Positions 1-8,713 of a stretch of 64,000 bases of DNA are shown here, in pieces. Each line of letters opens with the position of its first letter. Within the stretch, counting starts at the first letter, position 1. Both the position numbers and the translations under genes were made by a program. The DNA is from Opitutales bacterium (lineage in GTDB: Bacteria; Verrucomicrobiota; Verrucomicrobiia; Opitutales; JABSRG01). Where the stretch lies: contig JBMYOQ010000003.1 of the NCBI GenBank assembly GCA_049599475.1, positions 64,001 through 128,000 of the forward strand, given 5' to 3'. The notes below the pieces were generated by a model, which saw only the letters and a program-made list of their open reading frames with translations, did not search any database and had not been told where the DNA came from.

Positions 1-434
1 ACCTCTCCGAAATTGAAGATGTCTTTCCGGTTGAGATCGCGGAAAATGCGGCCGACGCCGAATCAGTGATTGATGACATTCGCAATAGCGGCAACCGACT
101 GGGAGTGATTGTGTGCGATCACCTTATGCCAGAGAAAAACGGTGTTACTTTCCTCAAGGAAACCAATGAGGAGATGGGGCTTTCCGAAACTCGTAAAATT
201 TTGCTCACCGGCCAAGCGAGCCACGAGGATACCATTGAGGCGATCAACGAGGCTCATATCAGCAGTTACATCGCAAAACCTTGGGATCCCGAAGATTTGC
301 GCAAGCATGTCCGCACGCAACTTAGCGAATATATCGTGAAAGCCGGCATCGACCCAATGCCTTATATCCAAGACCTCGACCCGGTGATTATCGGAGAGGC
401 CATTCGCCAAAAAGGCCTTTTGAGCGACGCATAG
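1..434 (+). CDS. Response regulator receiver-domain protein, 5'-truncated by the window edge
   Basis: Frame is open from base 3 (LSEIEDVFPVEIAENAADAESVIDD...). Receiver motifs VCDHLMP (phospho-Asp), LLTG and YIAKPW are present. Confidence 0.85.
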   Translation, partial: LSEIEDVFPVEIAENAADAESVIDDIRNSGNRLGVIVCDHLMPEKNGVTFLKETNEEMGLSETRKILLTGQASHEDTIEAINEAHISSYIAKPWDPEDLRKHVRTQLSEYIVKAGIDPMPYIQDLDPVIIGEAIRQKGLLSDA

Positions 435-532
435 CTCTCCGTCGGAGAATATTCCTCCAAATCTGAGGAAAATCAGATTTACGAGTTGGCATCCTACTCG
501 CAATCGGTCGTATTCCACTACAGCGACCGATC

Positions 533-2209
533 ATGCGTTCTCTCCTCGCCACCCTTTTCGCAATTGCTGCCTTTCCGATGGCTGTCGCATTGCTGTTTCT
601 GGGCTCGGCGATACCCGGCCAGAGATCCGGTATTTCTCCGGCTCGCCTTACATTTGTCGGCGCCCAAGGCCCCAGCCTTATTGATGAGGCAGAAGCGCTC
701 CTAGCCCGCGGCAAACCTGGTCCCGCTCGATTCCTCACACTTGCTTCGGACGCCATCCACTCCTCAGCACTCCTCGACAGCATCGATAAACGCCTCGAAG
801 ACGATCCCTTCTTGAAAATTGCGGGAGGTCGGGATCCCTATTTTTCGGAGTTATCTGATCTCCTGAAAAACCAGTCACAACCGATACCCGGCAAGGCAAG
901 TGCGGCTAATTTCATCGTCTTTGGCCCCGCTAGAGAGTCTCTAAGTCGCATGCTCAGCTATTCCGAGAACGACTGGGTACAACGCATTCTCTCCGGTCGA
1001 ACCATCACAGGCCTACCGCATTTACCCCCTTCAGATTCAGCCGCAGGCGCTCCGATGGAGACTGCCCTGCTGATCTCAGCCCTGCTCACCCAAAGCGAAG
1101 CCATACCCAGTAAACTCAGCATCGAGTTAGCCAATTGGATAGACCGTGCCAAGCAGCGCGACGTGACAATACTCCCCATTCTTGATCGCGCCCTCATCGA
1201 TACCTTAGGACTCGCTCAGCGGATGGATTGGGAGACTTTGAAAACAGTCTTCGGCAGATCCGAGAGCTGGGACAGCATTTCTTGGCTCAATGCAGCTCTG
1301 CGCGCGCCAGATACCGATACCGGCACCAATGCAGAAATCATTTCCGCCTGGCTGACAGTTGCTTCCACAGAAGCATTTCGTACCTACATCGCAACGCACC
1401 CAAGCCAGGGATGGAATGATGTGTCCACCAGCTTACGGCGGGGGATCGATTCTTTGGATCTCCTGATTCAAGAAGACCGCCCAGTCTATCAACCCCCTGA
1501 GTGGCTCGCGAATATCTACCCATCAGCGGCGCGTAATGTTGAAACCCTCAGCCTCGATTGGACCACAGGAAAGTACTCAAAGCTTTCAACTCTTCGCTTC
1601 TCTCTTTTCGCCCTCGCAGGCCTCGTTGTTTCAGCCTCTCTCATCTTTTTTCTCAAAGTTGCTGATCAATTAGAAATACAAGCCACCAAAGCTACCCTTG
1701 CATCTGGCACAACTGCTGCAATATTCACACTGATATCCTGGGCTCTTACAGAACCTAGTCTCTTAGAATCCACGCAATCTTCCACTCCCGAAATCCGTTT
1801 TAATGCCGGCCCCGGCGCACTTATGGGGTCTCTGAAAGCCGCCGCTATGAATCCAGGATCTATAGACCAAGTCACACTGCTCGTGCTAGGAGTATTCCTA
1901 CTCATTCAAATCATCATTTATTTGGTCTGCTTGGTCCGCGTGAGCGACATCAACAAGCAACCGGTCAGTCCATCGCTGAAAATCGCCCTTTTGGAAAATG
2001 AAGATAGCCTCTTCGATACAGGATTATATGTCGGCCTCGGCGGAACGGTGCTTTCCCTGATTCTTGTCACCTTGGGCATCGTCGAAGCCAGCATCATGGC
2101 GGCCTATGCCTCGACCCTATTCGGGATCATCTTTGTGGCGGCTCTGAAAATCTTCCACGTCCGTCCCCTACGACGCTCCCTGATTATCCAAAACGAGAGA
2201 CCCTTGTAG
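533..2209 (+). CDS. Multi-pass membrane protein with a C-terminal MotA/TolQ/ExbB-like proton-channel segment
   Basis: N-terminal hydrophobic anchor, large soluble domain, then several TM helices. The last three carry GLYVGLGGTVLSL (cf. GLxGTV) and IMAAYASTLFG (cf. ALxTTxxG). The family call is an inference. Confidence 0.6.
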   Translation: MRSLLATLFAIAAFPMAVALLFLGSAIPGQRSGISPARLTFVGAQGPSLIDEAEALLARGKPGPARFLTLASDAIHSSALLDSIDKRLEDDPFLKIAGGRDPYFSELSDLLKNQSQPIPGKASAANFIVFGPARESLSRMLSYSENDWVQRILSGRTITGLPHLPPSDSAAGAPMETALLISALLTQSEAIPSKLSIELANWIDRAKQRDVTILPILDRALIDTLGLAQRMDWETLKTVFGRSESWDSISWLNAALRAPDTDTGTNAEIISAWLTVASTEAFRTYIATHPSQGWNDVSTSLRRGIDSLDLLIQEDRPVYQPPEWLANIYPSAARNVETLSLDWTTGKYSKLSTLRFSLFALAGLVVSASLIFFLKVADQLEIQATKATLASGTTAAIFTLISWALTEPSLLESTQSSTPEIRFNAGPGALMGSLKAAAMNPGSIDQVTLLVLGVFLLIQIIIYLVCLVRVSDINKQPVSPSLKIALLENEDSLFDTGLYVGLGGTVLSLILVTLGIVEASIMAAYASTLFGIIFVAALKIFHVRPLRRSLIIQNERPL

Positions 2210-2232
2210 ACCTTTTTTCCTGCTAAGCCGGA

Positions 2233-3729
2233 ATGAATCGAAGCATTCTATTGGTCATTTGCGATTTCTTGCTCTTGAGCATGCTCGCTCTGGCGCGTTT
2301 TGATCAGCCTGAAGAGGAAACCGTAGCCGAGACGGAGAGCGCTTCCATGGATCAAGCCCCTCCCGAGTCTGAGATTCTAGAGCTCCTCGAACTCAGTCTG
2401 CAAGAGGAGCAATCGATCCAGAGACAACTCAAAGAAGAACTCGAAGCAAAAGCACAGACGCTTGAAGAAACGGAGGCAGCCCGCAAAGCCACCGAGTCGG
2501 CACTGAGCGAAACAAAATCTGCGCTGAACGAGACAGCGGCCACCTTACAGCAGCGAGAATCTGCACTCGAAGAAGCTCAATCTCTTGCCGATGAGCGATT
2601 TGTAGAATTGAGCGAAGCTCAGCAAAAGGCGCAAGAGCTGGAATCTTCGTTTCAAGAATCCGAAGCAGTAAAAGCAGAACTGGAAAAGACCCTTTCCACC
2701 GCTCAATTATCCAGCGAGGTAGCTCTCGAAAGATTACGCCAGACCGAAGCATCACTCGCAAAGGCTGAGGCGGAAAAAGCAGCCCTTGAGGCAGAAAAAG
2801 CCAAGATCGATGCCGAACGCCGCGAAGTTGAAAAACGAGAGCAGTCGCTGAAAACCGAACTGCGAGTCGCCGAGACTGAGCGAAACCTTATCGCAAAGAA
2901 CCTCGAAAACGCTCAGATACAGCTCGAGACCGTCCAAATCGAAAAGCAGGCCTTGCAGCAACAGACTGAACGGCTGAGTGAGGGTGTTTCCAATCTCGCA
3001 CAGACCTCTCAAGAAATCAGAAAAGAGATCCAAGAAAGTCAGCCGCAGTCTCCGGCAAATATTTTCAGTCAGTTTAAGGACGAGCGCGTGACTCTGACAT
3101 GGCAGGCCACATATTCTGGCATGTTCGGCACCCGCAATCGGCAATTCGAAAGCGACGGAATATTAGTCGAAAGTTCCCAGGGCACTCACATTGTTTTCCT
3201 GACCGAAGAGACTCCTTTCAAAGCAGACAGTCAATGGACAGCCCCCATGAACCTTAAGCTGCAAATATCCGGCTCGAATGGCTTCGAAACAGCACCAGTA
3301 GCCGTTTCATTTTCAGCAACGGACCCGCGAATCGGCATTATACCTGTAGCCTTGGGCAGAGAATCATCGATAAGCTTCTCAAAAGACCCTTTCCGTTTCG
3401 ATAAAGCGGTGCTCGTGAGACCCGAGAACGGCTACTACGGCGAGGCGGGCTACCGCTTATCCCCCCAATCGAATCTGGTCCTAGATCTAGATTCTCGGAT
3501 CCTCTCCGGTTTATTTGGAGACTTTAATCCGAGCCAAGGCGACTTTGTCTTCGCCCTTACGGGAAACCTCGCAGCGATGATGATCAACGGCGATCGAGCC
3601 ATACGTCTCGAATCCCCGAGCAACTCACATTCGATTCCTGTGAACGACTCCTACAAGGCAGAGCAGGCCAAGAGCACAATGGACCAAATCAATGGCCGAA
3701 TCTCCCGCCTGCCTTCCAGTCTTCGCTAA
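2233..3729 (+). CDS. Single-pass protein: ExbD/MotB-like TM with Asp, long coiled coil, trypsin-like C-terminal domain
   Basis: MNRSILLVICDFLLLSMLALARF has Asp11 in the TM. About 200 aa of E/K/A/Q-rich heptads follow. C-terminal DPRIGII and FNPSQGDFVFALTGNLAAM resemble HtrA/trypsin motifs. Confidence 0.55.
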   Translation: MNRSILLVICDFLLLSMLALARFDQPEEETVAETESASMDQAPPESEILELLELSLQEEQSIQRQLKEELEAKAQTLEETEAARKATESALSETKSALNETAATLQQRESALEEAQSLADERFVELSEAQQKAQELESSFQESEAVKAELEKTLSTAQLSSEVALERLRQTEASLAKAEAEKAALEAEKAKIDAERREVEKREQSLKTELRVAETERNLIAKNLENAQIQLETVQIEKQALQQQTERLSEGVSNLAQTSQEIRKEIQESQPQSPANIFSQFKDERVTLTWQATYSGMFGTRNRQFESDGILVESSQGTHIVFLTEETPFKADSQWTAPMNLKLQISGSNGFETAPVAVSFSATDPRIGIIPVALGRESSISFSKDPFRFDKAVLVRPENGYYGEAGYRLSPQSNLVLDLDSRILSGLFGDFNPSQGDFVFALTGNLAAMMINGDRAIRLESPSNSHSIPVNDSYKAEQAKSTMDQINGRISRLPSSLR

Positions 3730-3974
3730 CAGAGACATCCCAAAGGCCCCAATTGGTCCTTCTCGGAAAACGCATGCGGATCTCAGGGATTTCCCGTAGG
3801 CTTTCTGACACGAATACCGGATAAAAAACAAAGCGGACGATTCAAATGTGATAATAACACGTATCATTAAAATTAATTGTAAAACCATTGTTAGTGCCCC
3901 TCCAGACGTAACCTTGATCAGCGAATTAGGTTAAATCGGAGTAATCACACCTACGGCTCCAATCCTCATAGACC

Positions 3975-6056
3975 ATGCATCAATATCGATATCTACTATC
4001 TTTTATAGCAGGGGCATTCGGATGGATCATCAGTAGCACAGGGCTCTCGGCAGACACCGTCTCAACTCAGACTATCGACGAGACCGTTCACGCCGAAAAA
4101 ATTGACGGCCTTGTGTTTTCGAAAATCCAGACCTCTGAGCTCACCCCCGCCCCCATAAGCGACGAACACACGTTTACCCGAAGAGTTTACTTAGATACAA
4201 TTGGCCGCATTCCTACGGTCTCAGAGCTTGAGACCTACATCAACTACGAGCACCCAAATAAACGCAACCGTCTCATAGACCACCTCAGCCGACACCCCGG
4301 CAGAACGAGTCATCAGTTTAACATCTGGGCGGATCTCCTAAGAATTAAGAGCCAGACGCGGCAGCAGCCCGGAGTCGGCGCAGCTTACGCAAACTGGGTA
4401 AAGGAAGCGATCAGCTCCAATATGCCCTACGACCAATTCGTCCGCGAACTCGTCACAGCGGAAGGCTATCCGTGGGAAAACGGCGCGATCGGTTACAGCA
4501 TGCGCGATGCGGGCATGCCCTTGGACAATTTATCCAACACGATCCAAGTATTCCTAGGCACTCAGATTGTCTGTGCCCAGTGTCACGACCATCCTTTTGA
4601 CGACTGGACTCAGCACCAATACTACGAGACAGCCGCGATGACCTATGGTCTGCATAATCGTATCAATTATCGCCAAAAAGAGGGATTCGTTGAGTTTCGC
4701 AACCTCCTGAAAGATAGCACTTTAGATAAAAAGGACAAAGAGCGTGTGCGCATTGCTGCTGGGCGGGCCTTCAGACCGCTATCTTACGGAAATTCCGAGA
4801 GCAAACGCCAACTCAAGCTCCCCCACGATTATCAATACAATGATGCAGAACCCAAGCAGGTCGTAGAGCCCTACCCACTCTATGGTGAAATCGACGAAAC
4901 GATCACTATCGATAATCGCCTTCAAGTCTTCAGTGAATGGCTCACAGATTCCGAGAATCCACGTTTCGCCAAAACGATAGCCAACCGGACTTGGAAGCGC
5001 CTCATGGGCGTCGGACTCTTCGAACCCGTAGATGATTATCGCCCTACGAGCGATATTTCCAATCCAGATCTGCTGGAATACCTCGAGACCCTATTGGTAG
5101 ATCTCGACTTCGATCTTCAGGCTTTCGAGCGCATTTTGTTAAAAACAGAGACGTATCAACGCGTAGCCCTACCCTACACGCCCGAGGATTATACTTCATA
5201 CGCCTTTGAGGGACAGCAACTCAAGCGCTTGTCGGCGGAGCAACTTTGGGACTCGATCATCGCAATCGTCACGGAGGACCCCGAAAGCATCCAGCGCCCA
5301 TACAATCCCGAACTTCTGTTCAATGGCCAGCTGGCACTGTTGAGTTTGACTCCGTACCAGATGGCGCACTTGAGCCTCGAATACGCGAACAAAGACGACG
5401 AGCTACGTGAGGGAATCATCCGAATCACCAAAGAGTCCCGTCTCGCCCGCGAATCTGGCAATCAAAATAAAGTCCGCAATCTTCAAAAAGAGCTAGGAAA
5501 ACTCACTCGCGAGCGCCGCCAGCTCATGGAAACCCTTTCGTTAAAATACCAAGGCATGCCCGCGGATGCTAAAAGCTACGCATCTAGCATGAATTCTATG
5601 AGTATGATGGGCGGAGAGATGATGGACAGTAGCATGTCTGAGAGTAGCGAAGCCAAGGGAGCGCTTTTGCAAAAAATGCGCAGGCTCCGCACGGCTCGAG
5701 CTTCCGAGCTTCAGAGTCCCACGAATCCAGGACATCTCCTGCGAGAGCTAGGACAATCCGATCGCGAGTTGATCGACAATGCTTCCACGGAGCCTACCGT
5801 GCCTCAGGCACTCGCGATGATGAATGGCACCTGGCAAGCACAGCTATGGAGTAAGAATTCTACCCTCAGAAAGCGTGTCTACGACACCTATGAGACGGAC
5901 GAGAAACTCGACCTGCTTTTCCAATCGACTCTTTCACGGCCTGCGACACCTGAAGAACACGCTATCCTCACGGATAAAATGGAGACGGGTGAATACTCTG
6001 ACAAAGAGCTCCTATGGGCTCTGCTCAATACGCGGCAATTCATGTTTATCCAGTAG
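3975..6056 (+). CDS. DUF1549/DUF1553 (PSD1-type) exported protein with CxxCH motif
   Basis: FTRRVYLDTIGRIPT, QVFLGTQIVCAQCHDHPFDDW, NPRFAKTIANRTWKRLMGVGL, PTVPQALAMMN and LLWALLNTRQFMF; N-terminal signal peptide. Confidence 0.9.
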   Translation: MHQYRYLLSFIAGAFGWIISSTGLSADTVSTQTIDETVHAEKIDGLVFSKIQTSELTPAPISDEHTFTRRVYLDTIGRIPTVSELETYINYEHPNKRNRLIDHLSRHPGRTSHQFNIWADLLRIKSQTRQQPGVGAAYANWVKEAISSNMPYDQFVRELVTAEGYPWENGAIGYSMRDAGMPLDNLSNTIQVFLGTQIVCAQCHDHPFDDWTQHQYYETAAMTYGLHNRINYRQKEGFVEFRNLLKDSTLDKKDKERVRIAAGRAFRPLSYGNSESKRQLKLPHDYQYNDAEPKQVVEPYPLYGEIDETITIDNRLQVFSEWLTDSENPRFAKTIANRTWKRLMGVGLFEPVDDYRPTSDISNPDLLEYLETLLVDLDFDLQAFERILLKTETYQRVALPYTPEDYTSYAFEGQQLKRLSAEQLWDSIIAIVTEDPESIQRPYNPELLFNGQLALLSLTPYQMAHLSLEYANKDDELREGIIRITKESRLARESGNQNKVRNLQKELGKLTRERRQLMETLSLKYQGMPADAKSYASSMNSMSMMGGEMMDSSMSESSEAKGALLQKMRRLRTARASELQSPTNPGHLLRELGQSDRELIDNASTEPTVPQALAMMNGTWQAQLWSKNSTLRKRVYDTYETDEKLDLLFQSTLSRPATPEEHAILTDKMETGEYSDKELLWALLNTRQFMFIQ

Positions 6057-6077
6057 CCCCCCTACCCAAACCACCCC

Positions 6078-7373
6078 ATGAACCCACTTTTTAAAGCCAA
6101 CGATTTCACGCGGCGCCAATTCATGGAACGCGCGGCGAAGCTCCTATTTGGAGTGAATTTATTGCCTGTATTCGATCAAAATATCGCAGGTGCTGCGGTG
6201 GACGCCGCTAGTAAGATCACCCCCAACGGTAAGCGAGCAAAGAATGTAATCTATCTCTACATGGCCGGAGGTATGAGCCAGATGGATACATTCGACCCAA
6301 AGCCCAAGAGCGACAATCAAGGCCCAGTAGACTCAATTGGTACCGAAGTGGATGGCCTATTCGTGAGCCAATACCTTCCTCTCATGGCGATGCAGATGCA
6401 AGATGTCGCGGTGATTCGCTCCCTGACGTCCACTCAGGGTGCCCACCAGCAAGGGCGCTACTTCATGCACACAAGCTACGCTCCCCGCGGTACCATTAAG
6501 CACCCAGGGCTCGGATCATGGATTTTGGCCCTTCAAGGGCGAGACAATGTAAATCTTCCCGGCGCAATCCGAGTCGGCGGCAATGACGGTGGTCCCGGTT
6601 TTTTGGGTACCGAATTTGCCCCGGTCCCCATCGGAGACCCCAACAAAGGCTTACAAAATATAAAGCCCTACGGAAAAGTAAGCACCGAGGATATCGAGGA
6701 CAGAATCTTCCTTTCAGAACTTCTCGATGTAGAATTTCACAAAGAATACCCAGTCGAAAAAGTCCAGAGCTACGAAACCGTATACCGTGAAGCGATCAGC
6801 TTGATGAGCAGCTCAGATATGGACGCCTTTAACATCGGCTCAGAGCCGGAAAGCCTCCGCAGAAAATATGGGGCATCTCGATTTGCCCGAGGATGTCTCC
6901 TCTCGCGCAGACTTATCGAAAACGGTGTGCGCTTTGCCGAGGTAATCCTGGGAGGATGGGACACCCATAACAACAATTTCGAAAATGTAGAGGCCAAGGC
7001 CATGGAGCTGGATCAGGCTCTGAGCGCCTTATTGCAAGACCTACGGGAGCGCCAGCTGCTAGATGACACTCTGGTAGTCGTGTCCACAGAGTTTGGGCGC
7101 ACGCCAAAGATCAACGCAAATAATGGCCGCGACCACTTTCCCAAGGCATTTACCTGCCTGCTCGCCGGAGCAGGGATCAAAGGGGGCACCATCTATGGGT
7201 CGACAAATAGCGATGGCACCGAAGTCGAGTCGAACCCCATTACGATTCCCGATTTCAACGCCACGATCGCCCAAGCGGTCGGCCTCCCGATTCACGATGA
7301 AATCAGAGCTCCAAACGGGCGCCCATTCACCATCGCAAACGACGGCAAACCCGTCACAGACCTATTTATCTAA
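6078..7373 (+). CDS. DUF1501 family protein with twin-arginine (Tat) signal
   Basis: TRRQFM Tat motif; YMAGGMSQMDTFDPK, GGWDTH, EFGRTPKIN and GRDHFP. This is the usual partner of DUF1549/1553 genes in PVC bacteria. Confidence 0.9.
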   Translation: MNPLFKANDFTRRQFMERAAKLLFGVNLLPVFDQNIAGAAVDAASKITPNGKRAKNVIYLYMAGGMSQMDTFDPKPKSDNQGPVDSIGTEVDGLFVSQYLPLMAMQMQDVAVIRSLTSTQGAHQQGRYFMHTSYAPRGTIKHPGLGSWILALQGRDNVNLPGAIRVGGNDGGPGFLGTEFAPVPIGDPNKGLQNIKPYGKVSTEDIEDRIFLSELLDVEFHKEYPVEKVQSYETVYREAISLMSSSDMDAFNIGSEPESLRRKYGASRFARGCLLSRRLIENGVRFAEVILGGWDTHNNNFENVEAKAMELDQALSALLQDLRERQLLDDTLVVVSTEFGRTPKINANNGRDHFPKAFTCLLAGAGIKGGTIYGSTNSDGTEVESNPITIPDFNATIAQAVGLPIHDEIRAPNGRPFTIANDGKPVTDLFI

Positions 7374-7592
7374 GGGTTCCCCCAAAAGGCTGATTGTCTT
7401 TAAATCTGCGTACTCGGGCAGAGCTATATTTCCGTGTAAAGGCCGCTGGGAGCCTGCGGAGCTCGCTTAACGACTGTGGCCGCCACAGGCGTACATCCCT
7501 TTCAATTTCTATCGCCCTACCGCCTCTGCGCTCATTCTGGGACGCACGGGTCTTACAAATGGCGCGGCCATTAGAGAAGAAATGGGGCGTCC

Positions 7593-7672
7593 GCCGATCT
7601 CCGAGCTGTGGAAGACAGCAATTTCGCCCAGCTGATACGCCGCATTCGGCCGCTCGGAGATCGGCCGCTACC
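7593..7672. repeat. REP doublet (REPIN-like) of GTAG type
   Basis: Perfect 14-bp inverted repeat GCCGATCTCCGAGC (7593-7606) / GCTCGGAGATCGGC (7652-7665). The right arm read on the minus strand is GGTAG-CGGCCG-ATCTCCGAG-CGGCCG, a GTAG-capped hairpin. Confidence 0.6.
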
Positions 7673-7793
7673 GATGACATCATCCTATACGCGGCGCCAT
7701 TTCAGGGCTTACACTCAACCCTCCGAACCACGTGCACCCGGATTTGAATTTGAAACCACATGACCAGAAGGCACGCGGTTTTAAGGATTTTCA

Positions 7794-7815
7794 GGATCCC
7801 TTACGTAAGGGGTCC
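7794..7815. terminator. Near-perfect palindrome downstream of efp, possible terminator
   Basis: GGATCCCTTACGTAAGGGGTCC, 27 nt past the efp stop; no clear U-tail. Confidence 0.35.
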
Positions 7816-7841
7816 AATAGGGCTGCTTTCAGACGGCCTGA

Positions 7842-8405
7842 TTAGGCGCGGCCCTGGTAACTCTTATCAGCAGTGTTTACCTTGATGACGTCACCTTGCT
7901 TGATGAAAATGGGGGTGCGAATCTCTAGACCGGTAGATACGACAACTGTCTTTTGCACGTTCCCCGAAGTGTCACCTCGCACCGCTTCCGGAGCCTCAAC
8001 AACTTCCATTTCAAGAGAAGCAGGAAGCTCGATACCCAATGGGCGGCCATCGACAAAAAATATGCTATACTCCGAGCCTTCGACGAGAAATGGCTTCGCA
8101 TCGCCGATTACATCGAGACCTACTTCGATTTGATCGTAGGTTTCGAGATCCATAAAGGCATATTCTCCCTGGTTCTCGTAGGAGAATTCCATGTTCTTCA
8201 GCTCCTTGTGAAGGACATCATAACTATCTCCGACATTGGTGCGCACGTGGACAGTTTTGCCATTTTTCACATTCTTCAGCTGCATTGAGCAGAAAGATGC
8301 GAGGTTCGGAGGCGTGTGGATAGTGCGCTCTACTACGATACAAGGTGTACCGTTGTATTCGATGACGTTGCCTTTACCAATTTTGTTAACTGTCGTGTTG
8401 CCCAT
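7842..8405 (-). CDS. efp: Elongation factor P (atypical tip loop TPPNL)
   Basis: FMDLETYDQI, VRGDTSGNVQK, TGLEIRTPIFIKQGDVIKVNT and C-terminal YQGRA; 187 aa. Confidence 0.95.
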   Translation of the reverse strand: MGNTTVNKIGKGNVIEYNGTPCIVVERTIHTPPNLASFCSMQLKNVKNGKTVHVRTNVGDSYDVLHKELKNMEFSYENQGEYAFMDLETYDQIEVGLDVIGDAKPFLVEGSEYSIFFVDGRPLGIELPASLEMEVVEAPEAVRGDTSGNVQKTVVVSTGLEIRTPIFIKQGDVIKVNTADKSYQGRA

Positions 8406-8491
8406 AAATCTTGAGTAATTGAGGACAGAGAAACCAATCTAGGACCCGCGTTCTGTCCAGCCGTTTCTACAACTGGTCAGCTAATGGTCTG

Positions 8492-8605
8492 TAAAAATAG
8501 TAGAGCCGGATGAAACCCAAAACATCCGGCTCTACTATTTCTCACCTCCACAAGGAAGGCGTTTATTTTCTACTTTACCCCAATGTATTACCCAAAAACT
8601 GAATA
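8492..8605 (-). ncRNA. Candidate sigma54-dependent small RNA (~110 nt)
   Basis: Bounded by a -24/-12 promoter (8616-8632) and a terminator (8493-8540) between divergent genes; no credible ORF. Confidence 0.45.
8493..8540 (-). terminator. Strong intrinsic terminator hairpin
   Basis: 18-bp perfect stem AAATAGTAGAGCCGGATG (8495-8512) / CATCCGGCTCTACTATTT (8523-8540), with a T-run on the minus strand. Confidence 0.8.
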
Positions 8606-8615
8606 TACCTAGTTT

Positions 8616-8632
8616 AGCACCGGTCATGCCAA
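8616..8632 (-). promoter_or_regulatory. Putative sigma54 (RpoN) -24/-12 promoter
   Basis: Minus strand TTGGCATGACCGGTGCT has exact GG-N10-GC spacing (consensus YTGGCACGNNNNTTGCW). Confidence 0.55.
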
Positions 8633-8713
8633 TCGAGATTCAGAAAAAAAACAGATGAAAATTAGTTTCATATCAGAATCTAATTATTCTGCATTCCCGA
8701 CTCCCCTCGCCTC

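Noticed and set aside
533..3729. Zorya (ZorAB) anti-phage system
   Set aside because: The A subunit has no long cytoplasmic tail after the channel, the B subunit lacks an OmpA-like domain, and no zorC/D/E gene is adjacent. Kept only as a generic motor-like pair.
3879..3912. ECF-type promoter (AAC...CGTAA) upstream of the DUF1549 gene
   Set aside because: Spacing of about 21 nt is too long for the usual 16-17 nt.
7366..7747. ORFs of 105 and 117 aa in the DUF1501-efp gap
   Set aside because: Arg/Ser/Ala-rich, weak starts, and they run through REP palindromes; better explained as non-coding repeats.
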